Below, piece after piece: positions 1 to 8,640 of a DNA stretch of 64,000 nt. A model generated the notes under the pieces. It made no database searches. It saw nothing but the letters and a program-made list of their open reading frames with translations, and was not told the origin of the DNA. The stretch's first letter is position 1, and each line of letters begins with the position of its first letter. The stretch comes from Candidatus Microgenomatus sp. (GTDB taxonomy: Bacteria > Patescibacteriota > Minisyncoccia > UBA6257 > GWB1-50-10): NCBI GenBank assembly GCA_020724805.1, contig DYGI01000001.1:389152-453151 (forward strand), read 5' to 3'. The translations under genes and the position numbers were made by a program.

Positions 1-792
1 GGAAATCCGGCATACATTTTGGAAAAGGATGCGTCTGGGAAACTGAACGTGAAGGAATATCTTGGCGGAAAAGCAACTGGTGGCGATGATGTGAAGAGTT
101 CGTATGAATATGAATGGAAAAAGCCGGCATATTCCGCGGAAGTAGTGGCGCGCGCAAAGGCAGCCGCCGAGGGGATACCGGAGATGATTCCTTCCGTGCG
201 TGAGATTGCGGAGATGCCGATGAAGTTAGAGCGGGTGCCGGTTACTGAGTTGGCGCCGGCAAAATTCCCGGAATGGCTCAACGAGAGATTGGAATATTCC
301 AAACTTGCGGAGACACTTCCCGAGAAGACCGCGAATTTGGAGCATGTGAGCGATCAATTCGATACCTATTCGCTCCGCGTGCAGGAAGATGCTATTAAAG
401 AACTCGCCTCATTTGAAAAGCAGTTGGATTACCTTGAAAAGCACGCGGATACGCTGGGACTCACCCCAAGTCAGGAGGATTTTGTGGAAATGTCCAAAGA
501 GTCCATTGAGGACATGAAGGAGGCATTTGTTGAAGCGCAGGAGGAATTCAAGGAACAACTCGCTGATGTGGGGGTAGCCCCTGCGGCGTACGAAAAGGCA
601 GTCGCCAAACCTGGCCTCACCGTAAAACAACTTTTCGAAATGGCGGAGAAGAAGGAGTTGGATATGAAAAAGTGGGGCAAATTTGCCTCATGGGTTCACG
701 CGTTGAAGCCCACCGCAATTGAGCAAGAAATGAAAGTGGATGCATTTTTGAAGTCGGTCACCCCGGACAAATTCGTTCTCGCACAGTTTTGA
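1..792 (+). CDS. hypothetical protein, 5' partial (frame open to window edge)
   Basis: Track start at 19 is a TTG. The frame has no stop back to nt 1, so the gene likely continues upstream. No recognisable motifs. Confidence 0.5.
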   Translation, partial: GNPAYILEKDASGKLNVKEYLGGKATGGDDVKSSYEYEWKKPAYSAEVVARAKAAAEGIPEMIPSVREIAEMPMKLERVPVTELAPAKFPEWLNERLEYSKLAETLPEKTANLEHVSDQFDTYSLRVQEDAIKELASFEKQLDYLEKHADTLGLTPSQEDFVEMSKESIEDMKEAFVEAQEEFKEQLADVGVAPAAYEKAVAKPGLTVKQLFEMAEKKELDMKKWGKFASWVHALKPTAIEQEMKVDAFLKSVTPDKFVLAQF

Positions 793-847
793 CCGCGCCG
801 CTTTTTTGTGGTAAAAAAATCCCAGCTCATCACATAGGGAGGTTATT

Positions 848-1270
848 ATGCATACAAAACAGGTGCGGATTCCATTACGACTCAACGCGACGCTTCGCTT
901 GGCTTGCAAAGAGGGCGAATCAAGCATCGCACTCGATGCCGTGCGTCTTGCGCCTCTTTACTCGAGAGCGCGCCGGAGAGCGTTGAATGCGGCGCTTCGT
1001 CTTGCGAAAACGCCTTATGAGTTTCGGATGATTTACCGCTTTGCGGAGCCCGGCTCTCGCCTTGAACATCGCGTAGTGGCGAAATGGGCGCGGCTCGTAG
1101 AAGCGGAAGGAGAGCTCCTTGAGCTTCTCAAGGTGGTGCGGGCATTGAAGCGAAGCGGGAGATTGGAGCGACTCGTGCTCCGGAAACTTCGCCGTTTCGG
1201 CTATCGCGATTGGTGGGAGCCGATGCGCGACCTTGTCCGCTCCTGGTTCCCTTTGCGGAAGTTCGCGTAG
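848..1270 (+). CDS. hypothetical Arg-rich protein
   Basis: ATG at 848 preceded by GGGAGG 6 nt upstream; 140 aa, no known motif. Confidence 0.45.
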   Translation: MHTKQVRIPLRLNATLRLACKEGESSIALDAVRLAPLYSRARRRALNAALRLAKTPYEFRMIYRFAEPGSRLEHRVVAKWARLVEAEGELLELLKVVRALKRSGRLERLVLRKLRRFGYRDWWEPMRDLVRSWFPLRKFA

Positions 1271-1343
1271 ATGTCTTATGTATGTTGCTGCCCTCGGTGG
1301 TTACCAAAACACCGAGGGTTTTTCTTTGGTAGAATGCTCTGGT

Positions 1344-2360
1344 ATGAAGCGTGTAAAAATATTGAGCGTTTTTTTCCGCGCCATACTTGGCATCGTGATA
1401 TTTGTCGCGGTGGGTGCGGGAGTGCGCGCATTTCTCGAGCGGCTTCCATGGACGCGTACCGTAACGTATCGCGAGCCCGATATGGTGGAAGTGCTTCCTG
1501 CGCCCACTTCGTCGATGCCCGTTCTCGAACCGGAAACCATTATCGAAGAAGAGGAGACTGTGTCTGCTCCGACCGTCCTGCTCTCACTCAACTCCGCGGA
1601 ACAATCCGATGTGTTTTCGGTGATGCTACGCGATGTTCCCTCGAGCGTGTTGCCGCGGGTGACGTGGCATGGGCGCACCTACGATCTTTTAAAGACCGGC
1701 GAGCGATGGATAGGTTTTCTTGGAGTGGATGCAAAGCAGGCGCCTAGCACCTACACGCTTACCGTGTCCATCGGTACCACGACGCTTTCCCGACAAGTAA
1801 CCGTCACAAAAAGAAGCTTCCCGGTCACCGTGCTTGCGGTGACGCCCGCGCTTGAGGAACAGGGCTACACGCCGCCCGCCATTCAATCCAATGTGGCCAT
1901 AGAAAATGAGCGCCTCAACGCTGCTCTAATCTATCGTCCAGAGCACCTATTTTCCGGTACTTTTACCGAGCCCTTGAGCCGTATAACGGTGGTCGGTGCC
2001 TACGGAAACATACGGAGAAGCGGGTCGGTGGAACTCCAGCACCTTGGGGTTGATCTGGATGCGGCAGAAGGAACGCCGGTCTATGCGGTGAATGACGGCG
2101 TGGTAAATCTTGCCGAAGAATTTGTGAACTACGGCAAAACAATCGTGGTGGACCATGGCCTCGGCATCTTTTCGTACTATCTTCATCTTGATGAATTCGA
2201 GGTGGAAAAAGGGGACAGAGTCACGCGGGGAGAAGTTATTGCGAAAAGCGGGAATACTGGGTACTCCATCGCACCGCATCTTCATTTCTCCATACGCATT
2301 CGTAATGCAAGCGTGGACCCGCTCCGCTTCATTGAAGCGGCGAATGAAGCATTGCGTTGA
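1344..2360 (+). CDS. M23/LytM family metallopeptidase
   Basis: C-terminal HxxxD (VVDHGLG) and HLHF motifs typical of peptidase M23. N-terminal TM/signal MKRVKILSVFF. Start chosen at the internal ATG 1344. Confidence 0.8.
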   Translation: MKRVKILSVFFRAILGIVIFVAVGAGVRAFLERLPWTRTVTYREPDMVEVLPAPTSSMPVLEPETIIEEEETVSAPTVLLSLNSAEQSDVFSVMLRDVPSSVLPRVTWHGRTYDLLKTGERWIGFLGVDAKQAPSTYTLTVSIGTTTLSRQVTVTKRSFPVTVLAVTPALEEQGYTPPAIQSNVAIENERLNAALIYRPEHLFSGTFTEPLSRITVVGAYGNIRRSGSVELQHLGVDLDAAEGTPVYAVNDGVVNLAEEFVNYGKTIVVDHGLGIFSYYLHLDEFEVEKGDRVTRGEVIAKSGNTGYSIAPHLHFSIRIRNASVDPLRFIEAANEALR

Positions 2361-2424
2361 CATCATTGAGGGTAGGGAGTAGAAAAAGAGCGGAACATTC
2401 ACTCACGTCTTCGAGGAGGTATGT

Positions 2425-2817
2425 ATGGACCACGCTGGTCTCATATCGGACATACTCCGCCTTTCCCTCTACGCGCTTTCATTCGGCATGGGTTATATCG
2501 GTGCGGTGGTGGTGGAACGGCGGAAGTATCACGAATTGTTGTTTGCGACGGAATTATCCGTCATGCGGCGACTTGGCCTTATCGCGCTCATCTCGGTAGC
2601 GACGTTCACCTGCCATTTCCTTGGTGTGGCGATCGGGGGCCTCATGGCGTTTCTCTGCAGCGTCGGTCTTCTGGACATGATGGGGGTATCCTATTTTGTC
2701 CGCGAATCCATAGGAATTGGCATCATCTTCATCATCTCGGGAGTCTGCGCATGCTACGGAGCAGGGGATACCATTGCCTCAATGTGGCAGAAATACCGGC
2801 TTCAGAAGGCCTCTTGA
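2425..2817 (+). CDS. small membrane protein (hypothetical)
   Basis: GAGGAGG SD 5 nt upstream; 3-4 predicted TM helices. Confidence 0.5.
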   Translation: MDHAGLISDILRLSLYALSFGMGYIGAVVVERRKYHELLFATELSVMRRLGLIALISVATFTCHFLGVAIGGLMAFLCSVGLLDMMGVSYFVRESIGIGIIFIISGVCACYGAGDTIASMWQKYRLQKAS

Positions 2818-2829
2818 CACGGATTCGCG

Positions 2830-3385
2830 TATGCCTATAATGGGTTTCACCTGCGCTGGGAGTGCTTTCCCCAATCGGCACCCCCTCTCGCAAGGGAGGG
2901 AGTCGGAAAGGGTAGAGCGAGAGCCTACCGCAGAACCGCACCTTTACAAGGTGAATCGCGACCACACGGGGACCGAAAGGTTTTCGTGCGAAGAGATCTC
3001 GGGGGTGACTAGGTTAGCCTCTCGGCGCCCGCACTCCTTAAACTGTGGATGGTACTGAAGAGAGATTCGTCTTCTGATTATCTTCACGCTTCTCTGAACG
3101 TGGTGTTGAGCTACGCTCGGAGGACGGTACGTGCAGGTATCATGCTGACGATAGACCCGAGGGCCTTTGAGCCCCAGTGTCGAAATAGAGGTGAGCCGCA
3201 AGGCCTTCTCTACTCCTTCGGTCCGGTCTGCACAGGGTTCCGCGAGACTCAATCTTGCGAGACTCCGATCTCACTGACGAACGTGCGTGGAAGCTCCATA
3301 AGGGCATCCGCGTACGCCTCATCTAGCTGCCGCTCCTATCTCGGGAAATCCTGGGAGAACGAGCGGCGCTTTTTTATTTCCTATA
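2830..3385 (+). other. long noncoding stretch, candidate structured RNA of unknown class
   Basis: No credible ORF in any frame over about 560 nt. Ends in a stem (ccgctc...gagcgg) plus T-run terminator on the + strand. Contains GC-rich helical segments. Not RNase P (see 62620-62970). Confidence 0.3.
3336..3385 (+). terminator. intrinsic terminator
   Basis: Stem ccgctc / gagcgg followed by cgcttttttatt. Confidence 0.55.
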
Positions 3386-3387
3386 CA

Positions 3388-3425
3388 TTGACATTTTTAG
3401 ATTAATATGATATTTTGTACACACG
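3388..3425 (+). promoter_or_regulatory. putative sigma70-like promoter for the small membrane protein gene
   Basis: TTGACA at 3389, then an AT-rich TATGAT/TATTTT -10 candidate; GGAGG SD before the ATG at 3460. Confidence 0.35.
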
Positions 3426-3459
3426 CAGTTTCACAATCCGGTCATCACGTGGAGGCACT

Positions 3460-3708
3460 ATGGGAAGTTTTCCCGTGTTCATATTCATCGCGGTCTGCGC
3501 AGTCTTCGTGACGGGGATCACTCTCGTCGTACGAAATCAGCTCCGGTGGGAAAGTGAACAAGCGTCCACAGCACCCGAAGAGGTTCGGCAAATGAAGCGC
3601 CGGAACTATCGCATTGTGGTCAGCGTTCTTGCTGGGACCTTCGTGCTGTTCCTCGCGTCGGCGGCGCTCGTATTCACCATTGTGAATCACGCGGCGTCCA
3701 CGCCATAG
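3460..3708 (+). CDS. small membrane protein (hypothetical, 82 aa)
   Basis: GGAGG SD 5 nt before ATG 3460; two hydrophobic helices. Confidence 0.5.
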   Translation: MGSFPVFIFIAVCAVFVTGITLVVRNQLRWESEQASTAPEEVRQMKRRNYRIVVSVLAGTFVLFLASAALVFTIVNHAASTP

Positions 3709-3718
3709 CGAACGCCCC

Positions 3719-3758
3719 ATTCCAATACATCGGAATGGGGCGTTTCACTTTGAGTAGG
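3719..3758. terminator. bidirectional hairpin terminator
   Basis: aacgccccattcc ... ggaatggggcgtt perfect 13-bp stem between convergent genes. Confidence 0.6.
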
Positions 3759-3762
3759 GGAT

Positions 3763-4071
3763 CTAAAGCGCGAGTATGAGGAGCACCGCGAGCGTGATAA
3801 TGAGGAGGAAGCTCACCGTATAAACCGCAAGCGTCACCGCATCGGAACGTTTCCCTTCCATGTACCACGCGACCGGGCGGCCAAAGACCGCAAGTGCGAG
3901 AATCGCGGCCGAAGAAGAGAAGAGGAGCAAGAAGCCCATAGGCGCCACGATATCTCCCGCTTTGCCGGCGAACTGTTCCGCGCCGCTCATAATAGCGGCG
4001 ACAAGCGCCACATAACAGGATGCGATGGCGGCATTCCCGAGCGCGTAGAGCGCTATCTTGTTTTTATTCAT
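3763..4071 (-). CDS. small membrane protein (hypothetical)
   Basis: Three hydrophobic helices. Start at the internal Met (MNKNK); a TATGATATAAT-like -10 lies upstream on the minus strand. Confidence 0.45.
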   Translation of the reverse strand: MNKNKIALYALGNAAIASCYVALVAAIMSGAEQFAGKAGDIVAPMGFLLLFSSSAAILALAVFGRPVAWYMEGKRSDAVTLAVYTVSFLLIITLAVLLILAL

Positions 4072-4104
4072 ATGAAAAATTATATCATACAGGCACTTCA
4101 CCTC

Positions 4105-4246
4105 GCCCTTAATTATAGGCTGAAGGTACTGAGGTTTTACTTCGTCGTTCCTCCTCAGTACCTTCTTCGCTATTTATCCATCAGTGCCATAGGCCCTGAT
4201 GAACGAAGTGAAGAAGGGCTGCGGGGGCTGAACGATGTTCGAACCT
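4105..4246 (+). repeat. island-boundary element copy 1 (13-bp hairpin plus tRNA-Gln 3'-end-like core at 4216-4245)
   Basis: About 100 nt of homology, with indels, to 53260-53400 in inverse orientation. Reverse complement of the core reads GGTTCGAACATCGTTCAGCCCCCGCAGCCC, resembling a tRNA-Gln T-loop and acceptor 3' end. Confidence 0.7.
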
Positions 4247-4252
4247 ACTTTA

Positions 4253-4912
4253 TCACGTCGTTATGGTTCCGAACAGTGATTCTGAAGTCGCGATTTGAGC
4301 GAGAATGCTAGTGTGCAGTTTTTTCACAGCGCTCACTATACGATGATCGCCAACGTATTGTTTAACTTGAGCTCTCACTTTATGGATCAAATCGTTCGCG
4401 ATTCCGAAACGACTCCACATATTCAATTCATCGTCTAGCGTGAGAGTTTCCGGGTTTTTATAAAGATTTGCAATGCACTCATAGTATTCGCGCATAACCG
4501 CTTTAGGTTCACCGTTTGGGGTTTCAATATAGGTGAGTGAATCACGTGCTATTTGCATATCGAAGTTTCTTACGTCCTCGATATCTTGCAGTATCTTTAC
4601 CGCAGTTCTTTTTATCCACATTTCTTCTCCCTGGTCACGCATTCCTTCATCTATACCTGGTATTGTCTCACTGATAGCGCTCGCTTGAACATCATCGTAG
4701 AGAAGATGTGAAAACCATCCCTTGCGAAAATCGCTGGTTCTGAATGAAAGATCTGTTTGGTATCCCTTTGGGTGTGTGGCGAGTCTGTTAATTTTTGTCA
4801 CATATCGGCTATCTGGGTATATTGAGCCGGAAATGTACGCGTCAGCATCTTTGACGGAGAGTAGATCCTTAACATCAAGAGCAAACCTTATATGTGATCC
4901 TTGGAGCGCCAT
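4253..4912 (-). CDS. hypothetical protein (219 aa), island cargo
   Basis: Long ORF in AT-rich DNA; bracketed within 8-9 nt at each end by the direct repeats at 4216-4245 and 4921-4948. No recognisable motif. Confidence 0.5.
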   Translation of the reverse strand: MALQGSHIRFALDVKDLLSVKDADAYISGSIYPDSRYVTKINRLATHPKGYQTDLSFRTSDFRKGWFSHLLYDDVQASAISETIPGIDEGMRDQGEEMWIKRTAVKILQDIEDVRNFDMQIARDSLTYIETPNGEPKAVMREYYECIANLYKNPETLTLDDELNMWSRFGIANDLIHKVRAQVKQYVGDHRIVSAVKKLHTSILAQIATSESLFGTITT

Positions 4913-4920
4913 AAACTTTT

Positions 4921-4948
4921 TGCTGCGGGGCTTAAACGACGTTAGAAC
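4921..4948 (+). repeat. island-boundary element copy 2 (partial, core only)
   Basis: tgctgcggggcttaaacgacgttagaac, about 75% identical to 4216-4245. Its reverse complement ends CCCCGCAGCA, like the tRNA-Gln(CTG) 3' end. Confidence 0.6.
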
Positions 4949-5021
4949 TTATTTCCTTTCGACAAGTACCATTCATTAATAAAAATGGGTTCTACCCAAT
5001 TAGGGACATTGATTCTAATTA

Positions 5022-5528
5022 CTAAAAGACATAAATAACCTTTCCTATAATATCGTCTACCTGTTTAACGCCCAATATCGAATTCTCGTTATCACCTTTT
5101 TGGAACACCTCTCCATCGTTGAGATCAAAGCGTAAGATGGTGTCTGGTTTTATAATGTCCAACTCCGAAGCTGAAGAGTTTGGGAAAAGCGTTTTTTCTC
5201 CATTAACTGTGATAGTTTTATTTTCATCTATCACCACTTGATCGCCGGCGACACCGATAATCCTATGTATCCAGGGATCATAAACTGTTTCCTTCGTTAG
5301 CTTGTTTATAAGTGGCGTACCAAACATTACTATGTCGTTTCGTCTGACATTTGATAATAAGTAATGGATTCTACTTACCATCACGTAGCTTCCCTTATCA
5401 ATGGTTGGTTCCATTGAATCTCCTGCTACGTAGTGTATTGGGAAAAAAATTCTCACAAATAATCCAAGAAGAAAGAGAACCCCAATTACGTAGAAGGTGA
5501 ATCTTTTCCAAGGCTTTTTGGTCTGCAT
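5022..5528 (-). CDS. lepB: signal peptidase I (S26 family)
   Basis: N-terminal TM, catalytic Ser motif GDSMEPT, RIIGVAGD box. Confidence 0.8.
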   Translation of the reverse strand: MQTKKPWKRFTFYVIGVLFLLGLFVRIFFPIHYVAGDSMEPTIDKGSYVMVSRIHYLLSNVRRNDIVMFGTPLINKLTKETVYDPWIHRIIGVAGDQVVIDENKTITVNGEKTLFPNSSASELDIIKPDTILRFDLNDGEVFQKGDNENSILGVKQVDDIIGKVIYVF

Positions 5529-5549
5529 TGCTAGTTCTGCTTTATTTGA

Positions 5550-5819
5550 TTATAGGAAAAAATACGAAACGAAAGCCGAAAAGCTTGCCAGTAAATAACC
5601 AACTCCAGCAATGAAATTGATTGCCCGATTATCTTGGTTGAGAGTATCGAGGTATGCGTTAAAATCATTGATAAATTCTTCAATACCAAGTGGCACACCA
5701 TTAAAGGTTTTTACCCCTCCTTTATTTGAAAAGGGAGCGATTTTTTGAAAACTTCTCCAGAAATGATAAATCGCCAAAGCAAGAAATGAAAATGTAAATA
5801 TTATCCAAATGTACTTCAT
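5550..5819 (-). CDS. small membrane protein (hypothetical)
   Basis: Internal start MKYIWIIF; two TM helices. Confidence 0.4.
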   Translation of the reverse strand: MKYIWIIFTFSFLALAIYHFWRSFQKIAPFSNKGGVKTFNGVPLGIEEFINDFNAYLDTLNQDNRAINFIAGVGYLLASFSAFVSYFFL

Positions 5820-5972
5820 GGCTGGGAGGCTTGGGAGCGAACAACGCTCGTATTCACTCGCGTTCACAAAACCCTCGGTTTTGTGTCCACTATCGTTCAA
5901 TCCGACACGGAAGGGACACAAAAGGTTTCCCTTCCGACCCATCCCTCACTTAAATCGTCAGATTTAAGTCCA

Positions 5973-6002
5973 GATTCATGGCTTCAAAGGCCGCTGTCCT
6001 AT
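5973..6002. repeat. tRNA-Gln fragment (anticodon-arm region) duplicate
   Basis: agattcatggcttcaaaggccgctgtcctat matches tRNA positions 6068-6100 with one mismatch. Confidence 0.7.
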
Positions 6003-6046
6003 AGACAAGGGAGTGAGGAAATGGAAAGCGTCACTCCTGCGCACCG

Positions 6047-6117
6047 CTGGGAGGCTTGGGATCGAACCAAGATTCACGGCTTCAAAGGCCGCTGTCCTAC
6101 CATTAGACGACCTCCCA
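6047..6117 (-). tRNA. tRNA-Gln (anticodon TTG)
   Basis: Cloverleaf: acceptor TGGGAGG/CCTCCCA, D-arm GTCT/GGAC, anticodon loop CTTTGAA, T-arm CTTGG-TTCGATC-CCAAG, discriminator G. U1-A72 is typical of bacterial tRNA-Gln. Confidence 0.85.
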
Positions 6118-6193
6118 GCGGTGCGCACGAATGTGTAATTGTCGAGGAACGTTTTCTATTTCCGAGCGAGCGCCGTATGTATGGCGAAACCAT

Positions 6194-6212
6194 ACCATTA
6201 GACGACCTCCCA
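6194..6212. repeat. tRNA-Gln 5'-end fragment duplicate
   Basis: accattagacgacctccca identical to tRNA positions 6099-6117. Confidence 0.7.
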
Positions 6213-6237
6213 ATGCCATTTCTTTATACTGTAACTG

Positions 6238-6861
6238 ATGGAATTCGCAACTTGGCTTATGGTGGAACTTCCGGTGATAGGGGAATGGGTGCTCGCGCTC
6301 GCTGCGGGAGCCATCTATTTTTCTTTTTCTCGTCGTGCTCCCGCGCATAACGTAACGCGTATGCGGCAAGTATTCATCGCGGCCGTCGCGGTGATTTTCG
6401 GGGTCGCCGCGCTTTCCACGTTCCTGCAGTATTCGGTTTGGAAAGCCGACCAATTCTCACAAAACTTCCTTCCCCCGCATCAGTCGATTCTGTATTTTGC
6501 AAAGTATGCCGGCACGCACTTCTGGCTCACCCCGGTCCTTTCGCTCGTCATTGCCGGCGCGTTTTTTTTGTTCCTCCACGTGCTCGCGCGAAAAAACGAA
6601 AGGTTCTTCGAAGAGGGTGAAATTGAGCTGGGCGCTCTCGCCGCTTTGCTTGCAGGATGGCCTGGGTTCGTGATTTTTCTTCCCGCTGTCTTTCTTGCAG
6701 TCGTCGTCATTTCCGGGGCAAAACTGATGCTGCAAAAAAGCGCTTACACCACGCTAGGACTTCCGCTTCTTGTCGGACTTTTTGTGGCGTTGGTGTGGGG
6801 AGACGCCACCCTCCGTCTCGTGGGACTTGGGCTTCTCGCGGTTATTCCCGGCGCGCGCTAA
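6238..6861 (+). CDS. polytopic membrane protein, possibly divergent prepilin-peptidase-like (A24)
   Basis: 6-7 TM helices. EIELGALAALLAGWPG resembles the GxGDVKLLAALGAWLG block of PilD-type peptidases, but the Asp is replaced, so the call is weak. Confidence 0.3.
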   Translation: MEFATWLMVELPVIGEWVLALAAGAIYFSFSRRAPAHNVTRMRQVFIAAVAVIFGVAALSTFLQYSVWKADQFSQNFLPPHQSILYFAKYAGTHFWLTPVLSLVIAGAFFLFLHVLARKNERFFEEGEIELGALAALLAGWPGFVIFLPAVFLAVVVISGAKLMLQKSAYTTLGLPLLVGLFVALVWGDATLRLVGLGLLAVIPGAR

Positions 6862-7975
6862 GTCCCTCGATAATCGCCACCTCAAGCGGAATAAGAGGGA
6901 ACTGACTGTAACGCATCTGGCTGTAGGCGCGGATGAACGTTTTGATGAGCTCAAGGTGTTCCGGCGCGAAAAGCTTGGCGTGCGTAAGAAGGGTTTTCAT
7001 GTGTTCGTCGGTAAGCTCGGCTGCAAATTTCTTCTCCATCGCGGGTTGATAGGAAAGCACCGCCACTCGACGGAGATATTGCACCACGTCCTTGGTGAAC
7101 TGCAGCAAACTGTAGCCGCCGTCTTGAATTTCCTCCACGCGCGCAAGCGCGTCGTCGAGATTCTTGCGGAGTAGGAGTTCGACGAATCCCGACAGCTTTG
7201 TGAACGCCACCTTTCCTATCATTTTCTCCACATCTTCCACCGAAAGTTCTTTCCCGCGGAATGTAATAAGTTGGTCGAAAAGAGATTCGGCATCGCGGAA
7301 ACTTCCTTCTGCCGCCGAGGCGATAAGGTCAAGTGCTTCCTCGCTCGCTTTCACACTCTCGGCTTTCGCCACCATCGCAAGTTTCTCGGCTATCTCATCG
7401 CGAGTCACCGAGCGAAAATGGAACGTTTGAGTGCGCGAGGTGATGGTGGGCGGAACCTTTTCCACCTCCGTGGTGGCAAGAATGAGAATCACTTGTGCCG
7501 GCGGTTCTTCCAGCGTCTTCAAAAGCGCGTTCCACGCATCTTTCGAAAGTTGATGCGCCTCATCGAAGATTATTATCTTGTAGCGCCCCATTGAAGGCGC
7601 GGCGCGGAGATTTTCTTTGAGCTCACGGATGTCGTCGATGCCGCGGTTCGAGGCCGCATCGATCTCCATTACGTCCAAAAAGCGTCCCTCGTCTATTTCA
7701 CGGCACGCGGTGCACTGATTGCACGGCTCACCCTTCGCGCGGAACTTCTCATCCTTCGTTCGTGTTTCGCAATTCGCAATCTTTGCGATAAGGCGCGCGG
7801 TGGTGGTTTTTCCGGTGCCGCGAGGACCCGCGAAGAGATACGCGTGCGCTAAGTTACCCGTCTTCGCCGCCTCCTTCAGTATCCGCACGGTAAGCTCCTG
7901 GCCCAAGAGCGCATCGAATGTCGCCGGCCGATATTTTCGGTAGATTGCGAGTGCCATCGGTTTCATTATACGCAT
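6842..7975 (-). CDS. dnaX: DNA polymerase III subunit gamma/tau
   Basis: Walker A GPRGTGKTT, Zn-module CNQCTACREI, DEAH-like IFDEAHQLS, SRTQ sensor. Confidence 0.9.
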   Translation of the reverse strand: MRIMKPMALAIYRKYRPATFDALLGQELTVRILKEAAKTGNLAHAYLFAGPRGTGKTTTARLIAKIANCETRTKDEKFRAKGEPCNQCTACREIDEGRFLDVMEIDAASNRGIDDIRELKENLRAAPSMGRYKIIIFDEAHQLSKDAWNALLKTLEEPPAQVILILATTEVEKVPPTITSRTQTFHFRSVTRDEIAEKLAMVAKAESVKASEEALDLIASAAEGSFRDAESLFDQLITFRGKELSVEDVEKMIGKVAFTKLSGFVELLLRKNLDDALARVEEIQDGGYSLLQFTKDVVQYLRRVAVLSYQPAMEKKFAAELTDEHMKTLLTHAKLFAPEHLELIKTFIRAYSQMRYSQFPLIPLEVAIIEGLSARRE

Positions 7976-8069
7976 GTTTTTTGCATCGGCGCACGGATTG
8001 ACGATTTTGCCGCTTTGTTATACGAAATAGGTAGCACCCACCATCAACGTACGAAAGGAGACGTCCATT

Positions 8070-8558
8070 ATGAAAATCGGGGCCGATTTCGAACCTTTTT
8101 TTCGTGAAGAGCAGGTCATGACCCTCACCGTGGACTACGACCAGCCCGTGTCAGAGTATTTTCTGCGCGGCAAGTATGAGGAAACACCCCATTATCCCGA
8201 CGCACGGATTCCCAACACCTACCGTGGTGTGGGCACCGCGGTGAAGCCAATCCTGCTTCTCAAACTCAAGGCGCCCGCGACCACCGAGACGATACTCGCG
8301 GAAATGGAGCGTTTTCGACTCCGGCCGGTCGGCGCGCATGAACTTCTTTCCATCGGCGCCCACGACCCGATAATCCAGGTGAAGAACCAGATCGTCGGAC
8401 TCGGAGCTATCTGGAATGGGAGTTTAGAAGGGCCGTATGCGCTTGCGCTCGCGTTCTATCTGGCGCGACGCCGCGTGGTCTTTACGTGGCCTCACCGCTC
8501 GGTGCGGCACGAATGGCAAACCAACGTGCTCTTTGCGGCGACTCCGCTTGCCGCATAG
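8070..8558 (+). CDS. hypothetical protein
   Basis: 162-aa ORF, no motif recognised. Confidence 0.4.
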   Translation: MKIGADFEPFFREEQVMTLTVDYDQPVSEYFLRGKYEETPHYPDARIPNTYRGVGTAVKPILLLKLKAPATTETILAEMERFRLRPVGAHELLSIGAHDPIIQVKNQIVGLGAIWNGSLEGPYALALAFYLARRRVVFTWPHRSVRHEWQTNVLFAATPLAA

Positions 8559-8640
8559 GCATCAGCATATTCAGCACATCCCGTACGTTCTTCGGAGCGT
8601 ACGGGATTTCCTTTTGGACGCGAGACCTTATAATGAATGC

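Larger units (their letters stand above)
4100..6040. mobile_element. low-GC genomic island A, integrated next to the 3' end of tRNA-Gln(TTG); no integrase found
   Basis: GC drops to about 38-42% against about 57% in flanks. Bounded by the tRNA-Gln gene on one side and two tRNA-Gln-3'-end-like repeat copies on the other. Cargo: 219-aa hypothetical, signal peptidase I, small membrane protein. Confidence 0.55.

Noticed and set aside
2830-3385. Considered RNase P RNA or tmRNA for this noncoding stretch
   Set aside because: The P4 motifs GGAAAGTCCGGGC and ACAGAACCCGGCTTA are absent here and present at 62620-62970. No tRNA-like GGTTCGA T-loop or matching acceptor ends for tmRNA on either strand. 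Left as an unassigned candidate ncRNA.
4216-4948. The two repeat cores differ almost only at codon third positions in one + frame, both translating LRGLNDVRTYF, which suggested a conserved peptide of two small paralogous + strand genes
   Set aside because: The + ORFs are short. One contains a perfect 13-bp hairpin. The other is fully antisense to the 219-aa gene. A third, much longer copy of the same sequence occurs inverted at 53260-53400 with no ORF. Its reverse complement matches a tRNA-Gln 3' end. The att-like repeat explanation accounts for all copies, and the synonymous-looking pattern is taken as coincidence, though it could be retested.
6238-6861. Confident call of prepilin peptidase
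   Set aside because: Only one weak motif resemblance with the catalytic Asp replaced, so kept as a low-confidence membrane protein.
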